A stretch of 32,000 nucleotides of DNA from Candidatus Scalindua sp. Lineage in GTDB: Bacteria > Planctomycetota > Brocadiia > Brocadiales > Scalinduaceae. Numbering within the stretch: the first letter of the stretch is position 1; every line of letters begins with the position of its first letter. The translations under genes and the position numbers were made by a program. The DNA is taken from positions 1,830,001 through 1,862,000 of the forward strand of contig JALDRA010000001.1 in the NCBI GenBank assembly GCA_031316235.1, in the 5' to 3' direction. Below the pieces are notes generated by a model that did no database searches, was not told where the DNA came from, and saw only the letters and a list, made by a program, of their open reading frames with translations. Shown here in pieces: positions 15,649-25,603 of this stretch.

Positions 15649-18352
15649 CCAGGATATCCTTTACCTTCTCTATCTGCCCTAGCAACTCTGCCTCTTTCTC
15701 TTTTTCTGCATTAACAATGTGCAGAGGTGCATTCTTGATAAAATTTTTGTTTAAAAGCTTTTTTCTCACAATGGTTAGATGGGATTGAAGTTTTTTACTG
15801 TGGTCAAGCTGTTTCTTTCTTTCTGCCTCTGGATTAATAAGCCCTTTTAAAGGGACAAAAATCTGTATGTTTTCAACTACTTCACTTGCGGCAGAATCGG
15901 GTTTTTTCCTGTTAATTCCGATATCTATCTCCTCAAGATTTGCCATTTGAGACAAAAAGACATGATGTTTATCCAGCCGGTCTTTCATTTCATTATCAGG
16001 TACAGAGATTAACATTTTCAATGGCTGCTTTGAAGGAATTTCCATGTTACACCTGATATTTCTTATTGCCCTTATCAGATTTTGAAGCAATAGCATTGTT
16101 TCGGTAACATTGTGTATCTTTACCCCTTCTGATAGAGACACAGAGTCCTGGACACTGATTGATAGATTTGAATCGGGCCACGGTGATATTATCAGGCTTT
16201 CGTTCGCCATGGATTCAGTTGCAATCAGTCCATTCTTTCCCACAAGACTTTTTACACCTTGCCATATCTCTTCGGTAAAAAATGGAGCAAAAGGATGCAA
16301 AAAACGCAGTATATTGTCCAGTACATGTGTTAACGTTTTAAGCGCTACTATTCTACTCTTCGCATCTGCAGAATTATAGAGACGAGGCTTTACAATCTCC
16401 AGATACCAGTCACAAAACTCATTCCATATAAATTCGTAAAGGCTTTTTATTGCCTCATTAAACCGGTATTTCTCCAGAGCTGAAGTACACGCTGCGGTTA
16501 CAAGAGACAGACGGTTGAGAATCCAGACATCCTCAAACTCGTAATCCTCCTGTTCAATTTTTACTGCTAAAGGTTCATCAAAGGTAAGATTCATCATGAC
16601 AAATCGAGCAGCATTCCAGACCTTGTTAATAAAATTCCTCCCCATTTCAAACCTGTTTTCATGGAGTTTGATGTCCTGACCCTCAACGGTCAGCATGATA
16701 AGAGAGATTCTGACAGCGTCCGCACCGTACTGGTCTATCATCAATAAGGGATCAATACCGTTACCCAAAGACTTACTCATTTTTCTTCCCAGGTCGTCAA
16801 GGATTGTGCCGTGGATATACACATTACGAAACGGAATATCTCCGTTGAGCTCTAATCCCATCATAACCATCCTTGCCACCCAAAAGTATATGATCCCCCT
16901 ATCTGTTACCAGGGTGGATGTCGGGTAGTAATATTGCAGCTCTTCTTTCTTTTCGGGCCATCCCATGGTGGAAAAAGGCCATAGTGCGGAACTGAACCAT
17001 GTGTCCAAAACATCTCCATCCTGCTCAAGTTCACTGTTTCCGCATTTTGCACACTTTTCAACCTCTTCGCTGCTGATATGTGTTTCACCGCAACCTTTAC
17101 AATGCCATGCAGGGATCCTGTGACCCCACCATATCTGCCGTGAAATGCACCAGTCCCGAACATTTTCCAGCCAACTTAAATATACTTTTGTCCACCGTTC
17201 GGGGTAAAATGTTACACACCCTTTATCTTGGACCTCAATTGCCGCCCTTGCTAAAGGTTTCATCCTGATGAACCATTGGTCGGAAAGATATGGTTCGGTT
17301 ACGGTTCTGCATCGGTAGCAATGTCCTACAGAGTGAGAATAGGGCTCAACTTTTATGATATGTTTCGCCTCTTTCAGCTCCTCAACCAATGCTTCCCGGC
17401 ACTCGAATCTATCCATCCCCTTATAGCCAGAGACATCACCTGCCATTGTTCCATCTTCATTCATGATCAGAATTGATTCCAGTTTGTGCCTCTTACCAAT
17501 ATCAAAATCATTTTGATCGTGTGCGGGTGTAATCTTTACCGCCCCGGTACCAAAAGCAGGATCAACCGATTCATCCGCAATTATCGGGATTTCCCGCCCG
17601 ACTACGGGAAGCATGAGAATTTCACCGATCATCTCCTTATATCTCTCATCGTTTGGATTCACGGCAACGGCAACATCACCTAACATAGTCTCAGGGCGAG
17701 TTGTTGCAATAGTGAAAAACAGATGGGGAGAATCACGAAATGGGTACCGAATATACCAGAGATGCCCTTCGTGGTCTTCATGTTCTACCTCATCATCAGA
17801 TAGTGCTGTATGACATCTCGGACACCAGTTAATGATATATTTCCCCTTATATATCAATCCTTTTTCATACAGGGCAACGAAGGCTTCTCTTACGGCCTTT
17901 GAAAGACCGGCATCCATCGTAAACCTTTCCCTCTCCCAATCGCAGGAACTTCCCAATTTCCTTAATTGTTTCAGGATTTCAGAGCCGTATTCATTCTTCC
18001 AACTCCATACTTTCTCGATAAACTTTTCCCGTCCAATCTCTGCACGGCTCAAGCCTTTTTTCAACAGCGCCCGTTCAACTACATTCTGGGTAGCAATACC
18101 AGCATGATCAGTTCCCGGCATCCATAAGGTGTTATAGCCCTGCATTCGTCTCCATCGTATGAGGATGTCCTGCAAGATGTTGTTTAAGGCATGTCCCATG
18201 TGGAGAACCCCGGTTATATTTGGCGGGGGAATAACGATACTATACGGTTTTTTTGCAGCATCAGGTGCACTGTGAAAAAATCCACCCTTTTCCCAAAAGC
18301 TGTACCACTTGTCTTCAATCTCTTTGGGGTTATATTTTGTTGGTAATTCCAT
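15620..18352 (-). CDS. valS: valine--tRNA ligase
   Basis: The 910-aa ORF has the class I HIGH-type motif (PPPNITGVLHMGHAL) and KMSKS. It also has an editing-domain region and a C-terminal coiled coil typical of ValRS. Confidence 0.97.
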   Translation of the reverse strand: MELPTKYNPKEIEDKWYSFWEKGGFFHSAPDAAKKPYSIVIPPPNITGVLHMGHALNNILQDILIRWRRMQGYNTLWMPGTDHAGIATQNVVERALLKKGLSRAEIGREKFIEKVWSWKNEYGSEILKQLRKLGSSCDWERERFTMDAGLSKAVREAFVALYEKGLIYKGKYIINWCPRCHTALSDDEVEHEDHEGHLWYIRYPFRDSPHLFFTIATTRPETMLGDVAVAVNPNDERYKEMIGEILMLPVVGREIPIIADESVDPAFGTGAVKITPAHDQNDFDIGKRHKLESILIMNEDGTMAGDVSGYKGMDRFECREALVEELKEAKHIIKVEPYSHSVGHCYRCRTVTEPYLSDQWFIRMKPLARAAIEVQDKGCVTFYPERWTKVYLSWLENVRDWCISRQIWWGHRIPAWHCKGCGETHISSEEVEKCAKCGNSELEQDGDVLDTWFSSALWPFSTMGWPEKKEELQYYYPTSTLVTDRGIIYFWVARMVMMGLELNGDIPFRNVYIHGTILDDLGRKMSKSLGNGIDPLLMIDQYGADAVRISLIMLTVEGQDIKLHENRFEMGRNFINKVWNAARFVMMNLTFDEPLAVKIEQEDYEFEDVWILNRLSLVTAACTSALEKYRFNEAIKSLYEFIWNEFCDWYLEIVKPRLYNSADAKSRIVALKTLTHVLDNILRFLHPFAPFFTEEIWQGVKSLVGKNGLIATESMANESLIISPWPDSNLSISVQDSVSLSEGVKIHNVTETMLLLQNLIRAIRNIRCNMEIPSKQPLKMLISVPDNEMKDRLDKHHVFLSQMANLEEIDIGINRKKPDSAASEVVENIQIFVPLKGLINPEAERKKQLDHSKKLQSHLTIVRKKLLNKNFIKNAPLHIVNAEKEKEAELLGQIEKVKDILDDLHKNILA

Positions 18353-18442
18353 TTTTTCCTTAATAATAGTAATTTTTCAGAAATTCATATTCTCTCTTTT
18401 TTTTAAAAACATACACGCGAACAGGATAAACCATGCAGACCT

Positions 18443-20032
18443 TTACCCTTCATCCTTTAAAAGCTTATACTCAAAACTATCAACAAGCGCCTGCCAACTC
18501 GCCTCAATTACGTTTTCAGAGACACCAATCGTACCCCAGATATCTTTGTCATCATGCGTTTCAATTACGACCTTTACTTTTGCGGCTGTTGCATCCTTTT
18601 GACTGATGACACGCACTTTATAGTCCATAAGCTTTATTTCATGGATAGCAGGAAAGAATTTTCCAAGGGCCTTCCTGAGAGCGCCGTCCAGTGCATTCAC
18701 CGGACCATCTCCATCACTAACGGTGAGCTCTTCCATACCATCAACCTTTATCTTAACCGTTGCCCGTGTAATTGATTTTCCGTCTCTTCCTTTTTCTACA
18801 ATTACCCTGAAGTCTTCAAGTTCAAAAAACCCCTTATACTTTCCTAATATCTTTTTAACCAGAAGGTCAAATGAACCCTCAGCCGATTCAAAATGGTAAC
18901 CTTCATTTTCAAGGTCTTGAACTTTCTTGAGAATTTTTTTCATTAATTTCGGATCATGGTCAATGTTATACTTTTCAACCTTTGCCAGGATATTAGAGCT
19001 CCCGGAGAGCTCTGATATCAAAATCCTTCTCTCATTTCCAACAGTTTCCGGAGAGATGTGTTCATACGTATTCTTATTTTTTTGTATCGCATTTACATGC
19101 AATCCTCCTTTATGAGCAAAGGCACTTGACCCCACAAAAGGCTGATTTGTCCTTGGGACAAAATTTGCGACCTCATACACATACCGTGATATCTCTGTCA
19201 GCTTTTTAAGTCCTGAATCTCCAAGGCAGGAAAACTTTCCCTTTAAAACAAAATTAGGGATTAAAGAGCAGAGATCTGCATTACCACACCGTTCACCAAA
19301 TCCATTTATGGTGCCCTGGACATGCCGGATTCCAATGCCGACGGCTGATAATGCGTTCGCCACGGCAAGATCGCAATCGTTGTGCGTGTGGATGCCTAAA
19401 GGGATTTTGATTTTATTAAAAACAATTTTGGTTATTTCGATTACTTCGTATGGAAGGCACCCCCCGTTTGTATCACAAAGCACTATCGTATCCGCACCTG
19501 ATTCCTGCGCAACTTTCAAGACTTTCAGGGCATATGCAGCATTATGTTTATGGCCGTCAAAAAAATGTTCAGCATCGACAATTACCTCTTTCCCCTCAGC
19601 TTTCAAATACTCTACAGAATCAGAAACCATCTTTAAATTGCCATCCAATGACACTTTGAGAACATCCGTAACGTGAAAATCCCAACTTTTCGCAACAATT
19701 GTTATTGTGGGAGCTCCCGATAAAAGCAGTGCGTTGAGCCCGGGGTCCTCAGATGCCTTCTTGTTCAATCGCTTAGTGCTGCCAAAAGCGGCTATCTTGG
19801 CATTTTTCAGGGTCAGCTTCCCTATCTCTTTGAAAAAACTCGCATCTTTGGGGTTTGATAAGGGATACCCCCCCTCAATGTAATCAACACCGAAATCATC
19901 AAGTCTCAGAGCAATATTCAGCTTGTCATGCAAAGAGAAAGAGATGCCCTCCATCTGGCTTCCATCACGCAAAGTCGTATCATATATCGTTATTTTTTCG
20001 CGAGTTTCCATTTTTTCCGGTAAAGTGCACAC
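18443..20032 (-). CDS. cimA: (R)-citramalate synthase (LeuA/CimA family, long form with LeuA dimer/regulatory domain)
   Basis: The 529-aa ORF contains ITIYDTTLRDGSQMEGISFSLHDKLNIALRLDDFGVDYIEGGYPLSNPKD and GIHTHND, with a C-terminal regulatory domain. This pattern is closest to the citramalate-synthase clade. The start at 20032 is a GTG preceded by AAGGAA. An alternative ATG lies at 20011. Confidence 0.75.
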   Translation of the reverse strand: MCTLPEKMETREKITIYDTTLRDGSQMEGISFSLHDKLNIALRLDDFGVDYIEGGYPLSNPKDASFFKEIGKLTLKNAKIAAFGSTKRLNKKASEDPGLNALLLSGAPTITIVAKSWDFHVTDVLKVSLDGNLKMVSDSVEYLKAEGKEVIVDAEHFFDGHKHNAAYALKVLKVAQESGADTIVLCDTNGGCLPYEVIEITKIVFNKIKIPLGIHTHNDCDLAVANALSAVGIGIRHVQGTINGFGERCGNADLCSLIPNFVLKGKFSCLGDSGLKKLTEISRYVYEVANFVPRTNQPFVGSSAFAHKGGLHVNAIQKNKNTYEHISPETVGNERRILISELSGSSNILAKVEKYNIDHDPKLMKKILKKVQDLENEGYHFESAEGSFDLLVKKILGKYKGFFELEDFRVIVEKGRDGKSITRATVKIKVDGMEELTVSDGDGPVNALDGALRKALGKFFPAIHEIKLMDYKVRVISQKDATAAKVKVVIETHDDKDIWGTIGVSENVIEASWQALVDSFEYKLLKDEG

Positions 20033-20054
20033 ATACCGTTCCTTTTAAGACTGT

Positions 20055-20083
20055 AAAGTACAAAAAAGGGAGGAATGTGTCAA
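20055..20083 (-). promoter_or_regulatory. sigma70-like promoter candidate, TTGACA-17-TACTTT, for cimA
   Basis: The minus strand reads TTGACA (20083-20078), a 17-nt spacer, then TACTTT (20060-20055). This lies just upstream of the cimA start. Confidence 0.3.
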
Positions 20084-20399
20084 TAAACTTATCCCCAGGC
20101 ATCACTGAACACTCATTTTTTCATAAGAAATTGTTCGTTACGAACAGGGCTTGTTGAGATTTGCTTATATCATCAGCTAATCTGCTTTCTTCTTGGAATC
20201 TATCAAACAACGCCTCTTCTCCTTTTCGTTTGCTATCTTATACATAATGATTGATTTCCATGCCCTCTCTTCTCAATTACAAAGTTACGCGTGCGTTTTC
20301 CCCGGATCAGATTCTTATTGAAACAGAGGCAGCACCCCTGCAATAGTATGGCGGTAGCGGTTGCGGTGTCAGCTGTTCATGAATGAATAGTTAAACAAG

Positions 20400-20428
20400 T
20401 TGCGTTTATTGTCTATTATTTGTATAAT
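20400..20428 (+). promoter_or_regulatory. sigma70-like promoter candidate, TTGCGT-17-TATAAT with TG directly upstream of the -10
   Basis: TTGCGT lies at 20400-20405, a 17-nt spacer ending in TG follows, and TATAAT lies at 20423-20428. It points toward the radical SAM gene at 20716. Confidence 0.35.
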
Positions 20429-20442
20429 TATACCATATGAAC

Positions 20443-20459
20443 CAATCAACCGTTGATTG
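20443..20459. promoter_or_regulatory. 17-bp palindrome CAATCAAC-C-GTTGATTG (candidate operator)
   Basis: Perfect 8-bp arms surround a single central base, 15-31 nt downstream of the candidate -10. A 1-nt loop is too tight for an RNA hairpin, which favours a dimeric DNA-binding site. Confidence 0.3.
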
Positions 20460-20541
20460 ATATCCACTTTGTACGCTCGACAGGCCTTTTAATATTTTTG
20501 TATTTCAATTTAAGTGAAATACCGGTAGAATTGTACATTTC

Positions 20542-20680
20542 TCTACTCACTTTATAGTGGTATTCGGATAAAATCCGAGAAAAAAGAGCGAGTAAAGTCC
20601 TTGGCGTATTTTGTCCGGGGATACCAGTAACCGCGTTTTGGTTTTTAGAAAAATCTAATACCAAATCGGTTTTAGTATAT
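20542..20680 (+). repeat. dispersed hairpin repeat, copy 4 (subfamily II, single insert module)
   Basis: The sequence is TCTACTCACTTTATAGTGGTATTCGGATAAAATCCGAGAAAAAAGAGCGAGTAAAGTCCTTGGCGTATTTTGTCCGGGGATACCAGTAACCGCGTTTTGGTTTTTAGAAAAATCTAATACCAAATCGGTTTTAGTATAT. It ends 36 nt before the radical SAM start codon. Confidence 0.9.
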
Positions 20681-20715
20681 GTAAGATAAAAAATTTAATA
20701 GTATGAGGGTATAAG

Positions 20716-21912
20716 ATGAAAAGTATACAGAAAAAGAGCCCAGACCATCACAACAGGGAAGAGGGAACAATTAAGGATGTTTACGGGAAGATAAAAGACC
20801 ACGACCACTCTAAGGTCTCTCAGCAATATATGAAAAATATGAAAAACCAGCTTCGTCTTGTGTTCTGGGAAACAACTGCGGGTTGTAATCTGGAATGTAT
20901 CCACTGTAGAAGGCTAGACGTAAGTACCCAGCTGGCCAATGACGATCTGACCACAAAAGAGTCATTCGAGCTCGTCGACGCTATAGCCGAAGCAGGCAAC
21001 CCGATCCTTGTCTTAAGCGGGGGAGAACCTCTTTTTCGCCCAGACATATTCGATATTGCGAAACACGCAGTGGATAAAGGTTTAACCGTGGCACTAGCTA
21101 CCAATGGAACCCTGGTAGACGAAGCCATGGCCAGGAAAATTGTGGATGCCGGGGTATCCAGGGTTTCCATTAGCCTTGACGGCGCCGACGCTGAGACCCA
21201 TGATAAATTCCGCAAACTAAAGGGTTCATTTGAACAGGCCATCAGAGGGTTCAACCATTTAAAAGCACAGGGTATGGGCATGCAAGTTAACTGTACGATT
21301 GCAAAACACAATGAAAATCAGCTTCGTGACCTCTATAACCTTGCCGTAAAACTGGGCGCCGAGGCCATTCACATATTCATGCTCGTTCCGGTAGGTTGCG
21401 GGGTTGAAATTGCCGACGACCAGATGCTGGCCCCGGAAAGGTACGAAGAACTGCTGAACCTTTTTTATGATTTATCCAAAGAAGCGGTTATCCAGACAAA
21501 GGCAACCTGTTCACCTCACTATTTCAGGATAATGCGCGAGCGAGCAAAAGAAGAGGGTATTAAAATTACACCAAAAACACATGGAATGGCCGCAATGACA
21601 AAAGGTTGTCTTGCTGGAACCGGAGTGTGCTTTGTCTCTCATAAAGGAGAAGTTTTCCCCTGTGGATATCTGCCTGTTGAAGCCGGACACATCAAAAAAC
21701 AGAAATTTAAAGATATCTGGAAGGACTCTGCTGTCTTTGCCAAACTCAGAGAACCGGATTTGCTTGGAGGAAAGTGTGGTGAATGCGAATATAAAAAGGT
21801 TTGCGAAGGATGCAGAGCCCGTGCGTTTTATGAAACAGGGGATTATATGGCAGAAGAGCCATACTGTATATACAAACCGAAGCTTATGAGCAAGGGAGAA
21901 ACCGTAGGATAA
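20716..21912 (+). CDS. radical SAM/SPASM-domain enzyme, NirJ/AhbC/AhbD-like
   Basis: The 398-aa ORF has a CxxxCxxC cluster (TTAGCNLECIHCRR), a SAM-binding region (LSGGEPLFRPD) and a C-terminal SPASM-type Cys cluster (CLAGTGVCFVSHKGEVFPCGYLP...GGKCGECEYKKVCEGCRARAF). A GAGGG SD precedes the ATG. Confidence 0.8.
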   Translation: MKSIQKKSPDHHNREEGTIKDVYGKIKDHDHSKVSQQYMKNMKNQLRLVFWETTAGCNLECIHCRRLDVSTQLANDDLTTKESFELVDAIAEAGNPILVLSGGEPLFRPDIFDIAKHAVDKGLTVALATNGTLVDEAMARKIVDAGVSRVSISLDGADAETHDKFRKLKGSFEQAIRGFNHLKAQGMGMQVNCTIAKHNENQLRDLYNLAVKLGAEAIHIFMLVPVGCGVEIADDQMLAPERYEELLNLFYDLSKEAVIQTKATCSPHYFRIMRERAKEEGIKITPKTHGMAAMTKGCLAGTGVCFVSHKGEVFPCGYLPVEAGHIKKQKFKDIWKDSAVFAKLREPDLLGGKCGECEYKKVCEGCRARAFYETGDYMAEEPYCIYKPKLMSKGETVG

Positions 21913-22101
21913 CAATTGTAGCTCTGTTTTTAAAGTGGCCGCATCTCTGAGCCAGCCTCACGTGAGTCAGAGACCGGTCGAAACAAATCTGACAACTTCA
22001 ACGTACACCTATTTTTTTATCCCGTAAAGGGAAAGTCTGAAAAGATCATGTGTGCGTTTCTTTATAGTGGTTCTTTTAAGGCCGGGTTGGGAGTATTAAT
22101 C

Positions 22102-23061
22102 ATGCATAAATGTCTAAAATTCTTTTGTTGCTTACTCATTGGTTTAACATCCTCTTCTCTCTTCTCAGGAAAAGAGGCCTTCTCAGAGCAGGACCTGCTT
22201 CAAGAGAAAAATATCCGTGAATCTGTCGCAGCCGGACGCTTCTATCCGGACACTGCAGGTGAACTGAGAAAAGAGATAAACACTCTTTTGGGTAAGGAGC
22301 GCACCGAAGACTTACAAGGCAAGCCCCTAGCAATAATTTCACCACATGCAGGCTATCAGTATTCTGGTTCCGTTGCAGCATATGGATATCGTGCAATAAA
22401 GAACTATAGCTATAAAAGAGTCATCGTAATTGGGCCTAGTCATTACTCCAGATATATAGGGGCCTCAATCCCTGACGTTAGTTACTACAAAACACCCTTA
22501 GGATTGGTAAAGGTTGATCAGGGGATATGCAACAACCTCATCAACAACCCACCAATGTTAGGCACATTTAAAAATGCACACCTGAGAGAACATTCTCTGG
22601 AGATACAATTGCCGTTCTTACAGGAAACACTCAAGGATTTCAAACTTATCCCTATACTGGTAAGCAAACTCAACAATGAAACAATAGAGTTAATTGCAGA
22701 GAAAATCAAACCGTTTATTGATGAAGAGACCCTGATCGTTGTAAGTTCTGATTTCACCCATTATGGTCCTTCGTATGGCTATGTTCCAAAATTCAAAGAT
22801 GGTGATGTAAAGGAAAATATTCAAAGGCTTGACTATGGAACGTTTGAACGCATCCTTGCAAAGGATCTGAATGGTTTAATCAGATACAAACAGGCTACGA
22901 GGATAAATGCTTGCGGGTTTATGCCAATTGCATTGTTATTAAAACTCTTACCCAGTGATGCCCGCGGAAAGGTACTGAATTACGATTCTTCCGGCAATCA
23001 AACAGGGAATTTTGAGAATTCTGTAAGTTACGCTTCAATTGTTTTTACCAGTGGAGAGTAA
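22102..23061 (+). CDS. MEMO1-family protein (AmmeMemoRadiSam system protein B type) with signal-peptide-like N-terminus
   Basis: This is ORF 22048..23061. I prefer the ATG at 22102 (MHKCLKFFCCLLIGLTSSSLFSG). Memo motifs present are AIISPHAGYQYSG, EHSLEIQLPFL, VSSDFTHYG and NACGFMPI. Confidence 0.8.
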   Translation: MHKCLKFFCCLLIGLTSSSLFSGKEAFSEQDLLQEKNIRESVAAGRFYPDTAGELRKEINTLLGKERTEDLQGKPLAIISPHAGYQYSGSVAAYGYRAIKNYSYKRVIVIGPSHYSRYIGASIPDVSYYKTPLGLVKVDQGICNNLINNPPMLGTFKNAHLREHSLEIQLPFLQETLKDFKLIPILVSKLNNETIELIAEKIKPFIDEETLIVVSSDFTHYGPSYGYVPKFKDGDVKENIQRLDYGTFERILAKDLNGLIRYKQATRINACGFMPIALLLKLLPSDARGKVLNYDSSGNQTGNFENSVSYASIVFTSGE

Positions 23062-23222
23062 TGTTCTGATAGTTACTGCAAATCTTCAGGCTTGCAGTAA
23101 AGAGGGATTAACGGCATTTGCCAGGCCAGAGGTTTTTTTCTGCTGATGAATTTAATGACAATACCATTTACCATCAATTTTACCCTTTTTCCTCTTTTTA
23201 TTCGTTACGATTCCATGTTCCC

Positions 23223-23771
23223 ATGAATAGCGCAGAAAAGGGAATATTACTCGATATCGCAAGAAATAGTATTAAATCTGCAATTCAAGGCACACCAATC
23301 GATGCTACTCAATTCCAGGGCAATACTCAGAAATCCAAAACAGGGCACGGCGTATTTGTCACCTTAAGAACTAACGGGAAATTGAGAGGATGTATCGGTC
23401 GGCTCGTTTCGCATAAACCTTTGAGAAAACTTGTTTCAGAGATGGCGGTATCAGCAGTATCAGAAGATACCAGATTTGAGAACAACAGAATCAAAATTTC
23501 GGAATTAAATGATCTTAAGATAGAGATCTCTGTCTTATCTCCTCTGAAAACACTTGAGAACCCCCTCGAACTTGAACTCGGCCGGCATGGAGTTTACATT
23601 AAGAGAGGCAGTAAAAGCGGATGCTTTTTACCACAGGTTGCCTCAGAGACGGGTTGGTCAAAAGAGGAATTTCTGTCAAAATGCTGCTACACAAAAGCAG
23701 GTTTGCCGCCAGATGCCTGGAAAGACGAAGGTACCGAGGTTTATATCTTTACTGTAGAGACTATTTCATAA
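23223..23771 (+). CDS. AMMECR1-domain protein (AmmeMemoRadiSam system protein A type)
   Basis: This is ORF 23118..23771. I prefer the ATG at 23223, giving 182 aa. The AMMECR1 signature GVFVTLRTNGKLRGCIG is present, followed later by HGVYIKRGSKSGCFLPQV. Confidence 0.8.
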   Translation: MNSAEKGILLDIARNSIKSAIQGTPIDATQFQGNTQKSKTGHGVFVTLRTNGKLRGCIGRLVSHKPLRKLVSEMAVSAVSEDTRFENNRIKISELNDLKIEISVLSPLKTLENPLELELGRHGVYIKRGSKSGCFLPQVASETGWSKEEFLSKCCYTKAGLPPDAWKDEGTEVYIFTVETIS

Positions 23772-23858
23772 CCTGTAATGAATCACACGTTTATGGCTCC
23801 TTCAGCCGGCAGCAAAGCTCCCGTTAGCTTTTACGTACCCATCTGCATCTACCCATCA

Positions 23859-24539
23859 CTACCTGGGCTTGACGGTATTAGACGTCATGATCTTGCTTCT
23901 GACTATACTATATGCAGCTATAATTACGCCTAACCCCAGAAGCAGGAATGGAAAATTATCGCGAACCGCGTTCTTACCATTAAACACAAGTTCCGCGTAA
24001 GTCATGTCGCTGGAGATCGAGGCGAGATAATATCCAGTAAGCACAAGTATGACCGACCAGATACCTGCACCAAGGAGCGTAAAAAATGCAAAACGAAATA
24101 GAGCCATTTTGGCAAGGCCTGCGGGAATTGATATAAGCTGACGGATGGCGGGAAGCAATCGACAGACAAACGTTGTAATATCCCCATATCTGTTGAAAAT
24201 TTCTTCGGATCTTTCAATAGTTGGTGGCGACAAAAAAAAGTATTTCCCGTATTTGTATAAAAAGGGCCGCCCAAACCTTAACGATAGAAAATAATTGATG
24301 GAAGCTCCCAACAGCGAACCTGCTGTTCCACAGATTATGACTATGAGTGAATCTGTAACCGGAGATGCAAAAAATAATTCATGCCGATATGCAAGAAAAC
24401 CACCTGGAATCATGACCACTTCACTCGGAAAGGGAATAAAAGAACTTTCTATGGTCATACAGAGAAAGACAAAGAGAAAGCCCCACAGATGGGCATGCCG
24501 TACACCCCATTCAATATATTGCACACAGAAATCAGTCAT
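23859..24539 (-). CDS. DedA/VTT-domain family membrane protein
   Basis: The 226-aa multi-pass membrane ORF contains ESSFIPFPSEVVMIPGG, FGRPFLYKYGKY and RLLPAIRQLISIPAG, which is the typical DedA motif layout. Confidence 0.85.
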   Translation of the reverse strand: MTDFCVQYIEWGVRHAHLWGFLFVFLCMTIESSFIPFPSEVVMIPGGFLAYRHELFFASPVTDSLIVIICGTAGSLLGASINYFLSLRFGRPFLYKYGKYFFLSPPTIERSEEIFNRYGDITTFVCRLLPAIRQLISIPAGLAKMALFRFAFFTLLGAGIWSVILVLTGYYLASISSDMTYAELVFNGKNAVRDNFPFLLLGLGVIIAAYSIVRSKIMTSNTVKPR

Positions 24540-24607
24540 TACTATAATTTGCGCTATATGTTATATATGGTTCCCGAAAAACTCCTGTTCACGGCAAGAA
24601 AATTTAT

Positions 24608-25603
24608 CTATTCTTCCCGGAACAACATAGTCTTTAATACATCAAGGATGAGTTGCTGTACAACATCAATATCACCGTTTACCTCGCATCCAGCGGCATA
24701 TTTATGACCACCCCCACCAAACCTTTTTGCAACGGCGTTGACATCATAACCGTTTCGACTCCGCAGGCTCACTTTAATTCGATTATGCTGTGCCATCTCA
24801 CGAAGTAATACCCCTACGGATACAGTGTCTATTGAGACAGGAATGTCGGCAAACTCATGAGTATCGAGAGCGTTGACGTTGGTTTTTTCCAACATTTTAT
24901 TGGTCAGCCAGAGTGTGGCTACCTGATTTTTCATATGAAGCTTAAGTGTGTCAAGGGCCAGTGATTGCAACCGAATCTGATAAAAAGAATTAGCATTGTA
25001 AATGTGCTTGGAGATCTCTGAATGTCTTGCCCCTTGCTCCATGAGAAATGCTGCTGCCCTGAGAGCTTCTGGTGTGGTGTTACTATGGACGAATCTACCT
25101 GTATCTGTAACGATAGCCACATAAAGGGCTGTAGCAATATCCGGTGTAATTTCAAGCTTCATCGCTCTTAAAAGGCTGAGGATAATCTCTCCTGTAGCGC
25201 ACACATCACTTGCCACCCAATTGATATCACCAAAATATTCACTGGAAATATGATGATCAATATTTATGATTGTTGCATTCTTCGGAAGTATCTTCTGTAT
25301 TTTACCCAGCCGTTCCAGGGTAGGACAATCCAGGACAAAAACAACCTCTGGATTCTCTTTGGGAATTTCCGGATAAATGAAAACATTGGTATTGTGTGTT
25401 ATAAATTCAAAAATCCTGGGCATAAAGGAGTTATTGGCAATCGTAACCGATTTTCCCATTTGCCTGAGTGCGTGATAGAGGGCTACCTCAGAACCAATGG
25501 CGTCTCCATCTACCCGAATGTGAGTAGTAATGAGAAAATTGTTATGCTGCTTTATTGTTTCATGTATATCGTTTACATACTTTGTTACCGTAGAGTCTTT
25601 CAA
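24608..25603 (-). CDS. nrnA: DHH/DHHA1 phosphoesterase, NrnA-like oligoribonuclease/pAp phosphatase
   Basis: The 331-aa ORF carries the DHH-family motifs HIRVDGDAIGS, NIDHH, DTGRF and a C-terminal DHHA1 motif FGGGGHKYAAG. Confidence 0.8.
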   Translation of the reverse strand: MKDSTVTKYVNDIHETIKQHNNFLITTHIRVDGDAIGSEVALYHALRQMGKSVTIANNSFMPRIFEFITHNTNVFIYPEIPKENPEVVFVLDCPTLERLGKIQKILPKNATIINIDHHISSEYFGDINWVASDVCATGEIILSLLRAMKLEITPDIATALYVAIVTDTGRFVHSNTTPEALRAAAFLMEQGARHSEISKHIYNANSFYQIRLQSLALDTLKLHMKNQVATLWLTNKMLEKTNVNALDTHEFADIPVSIDTVSVGVLLREMAQHNRIKVSLRSRNGYDVNAVAKRFGGGGHKYAAGCEVNGDIDVVQQLILDVLKTMLFREE

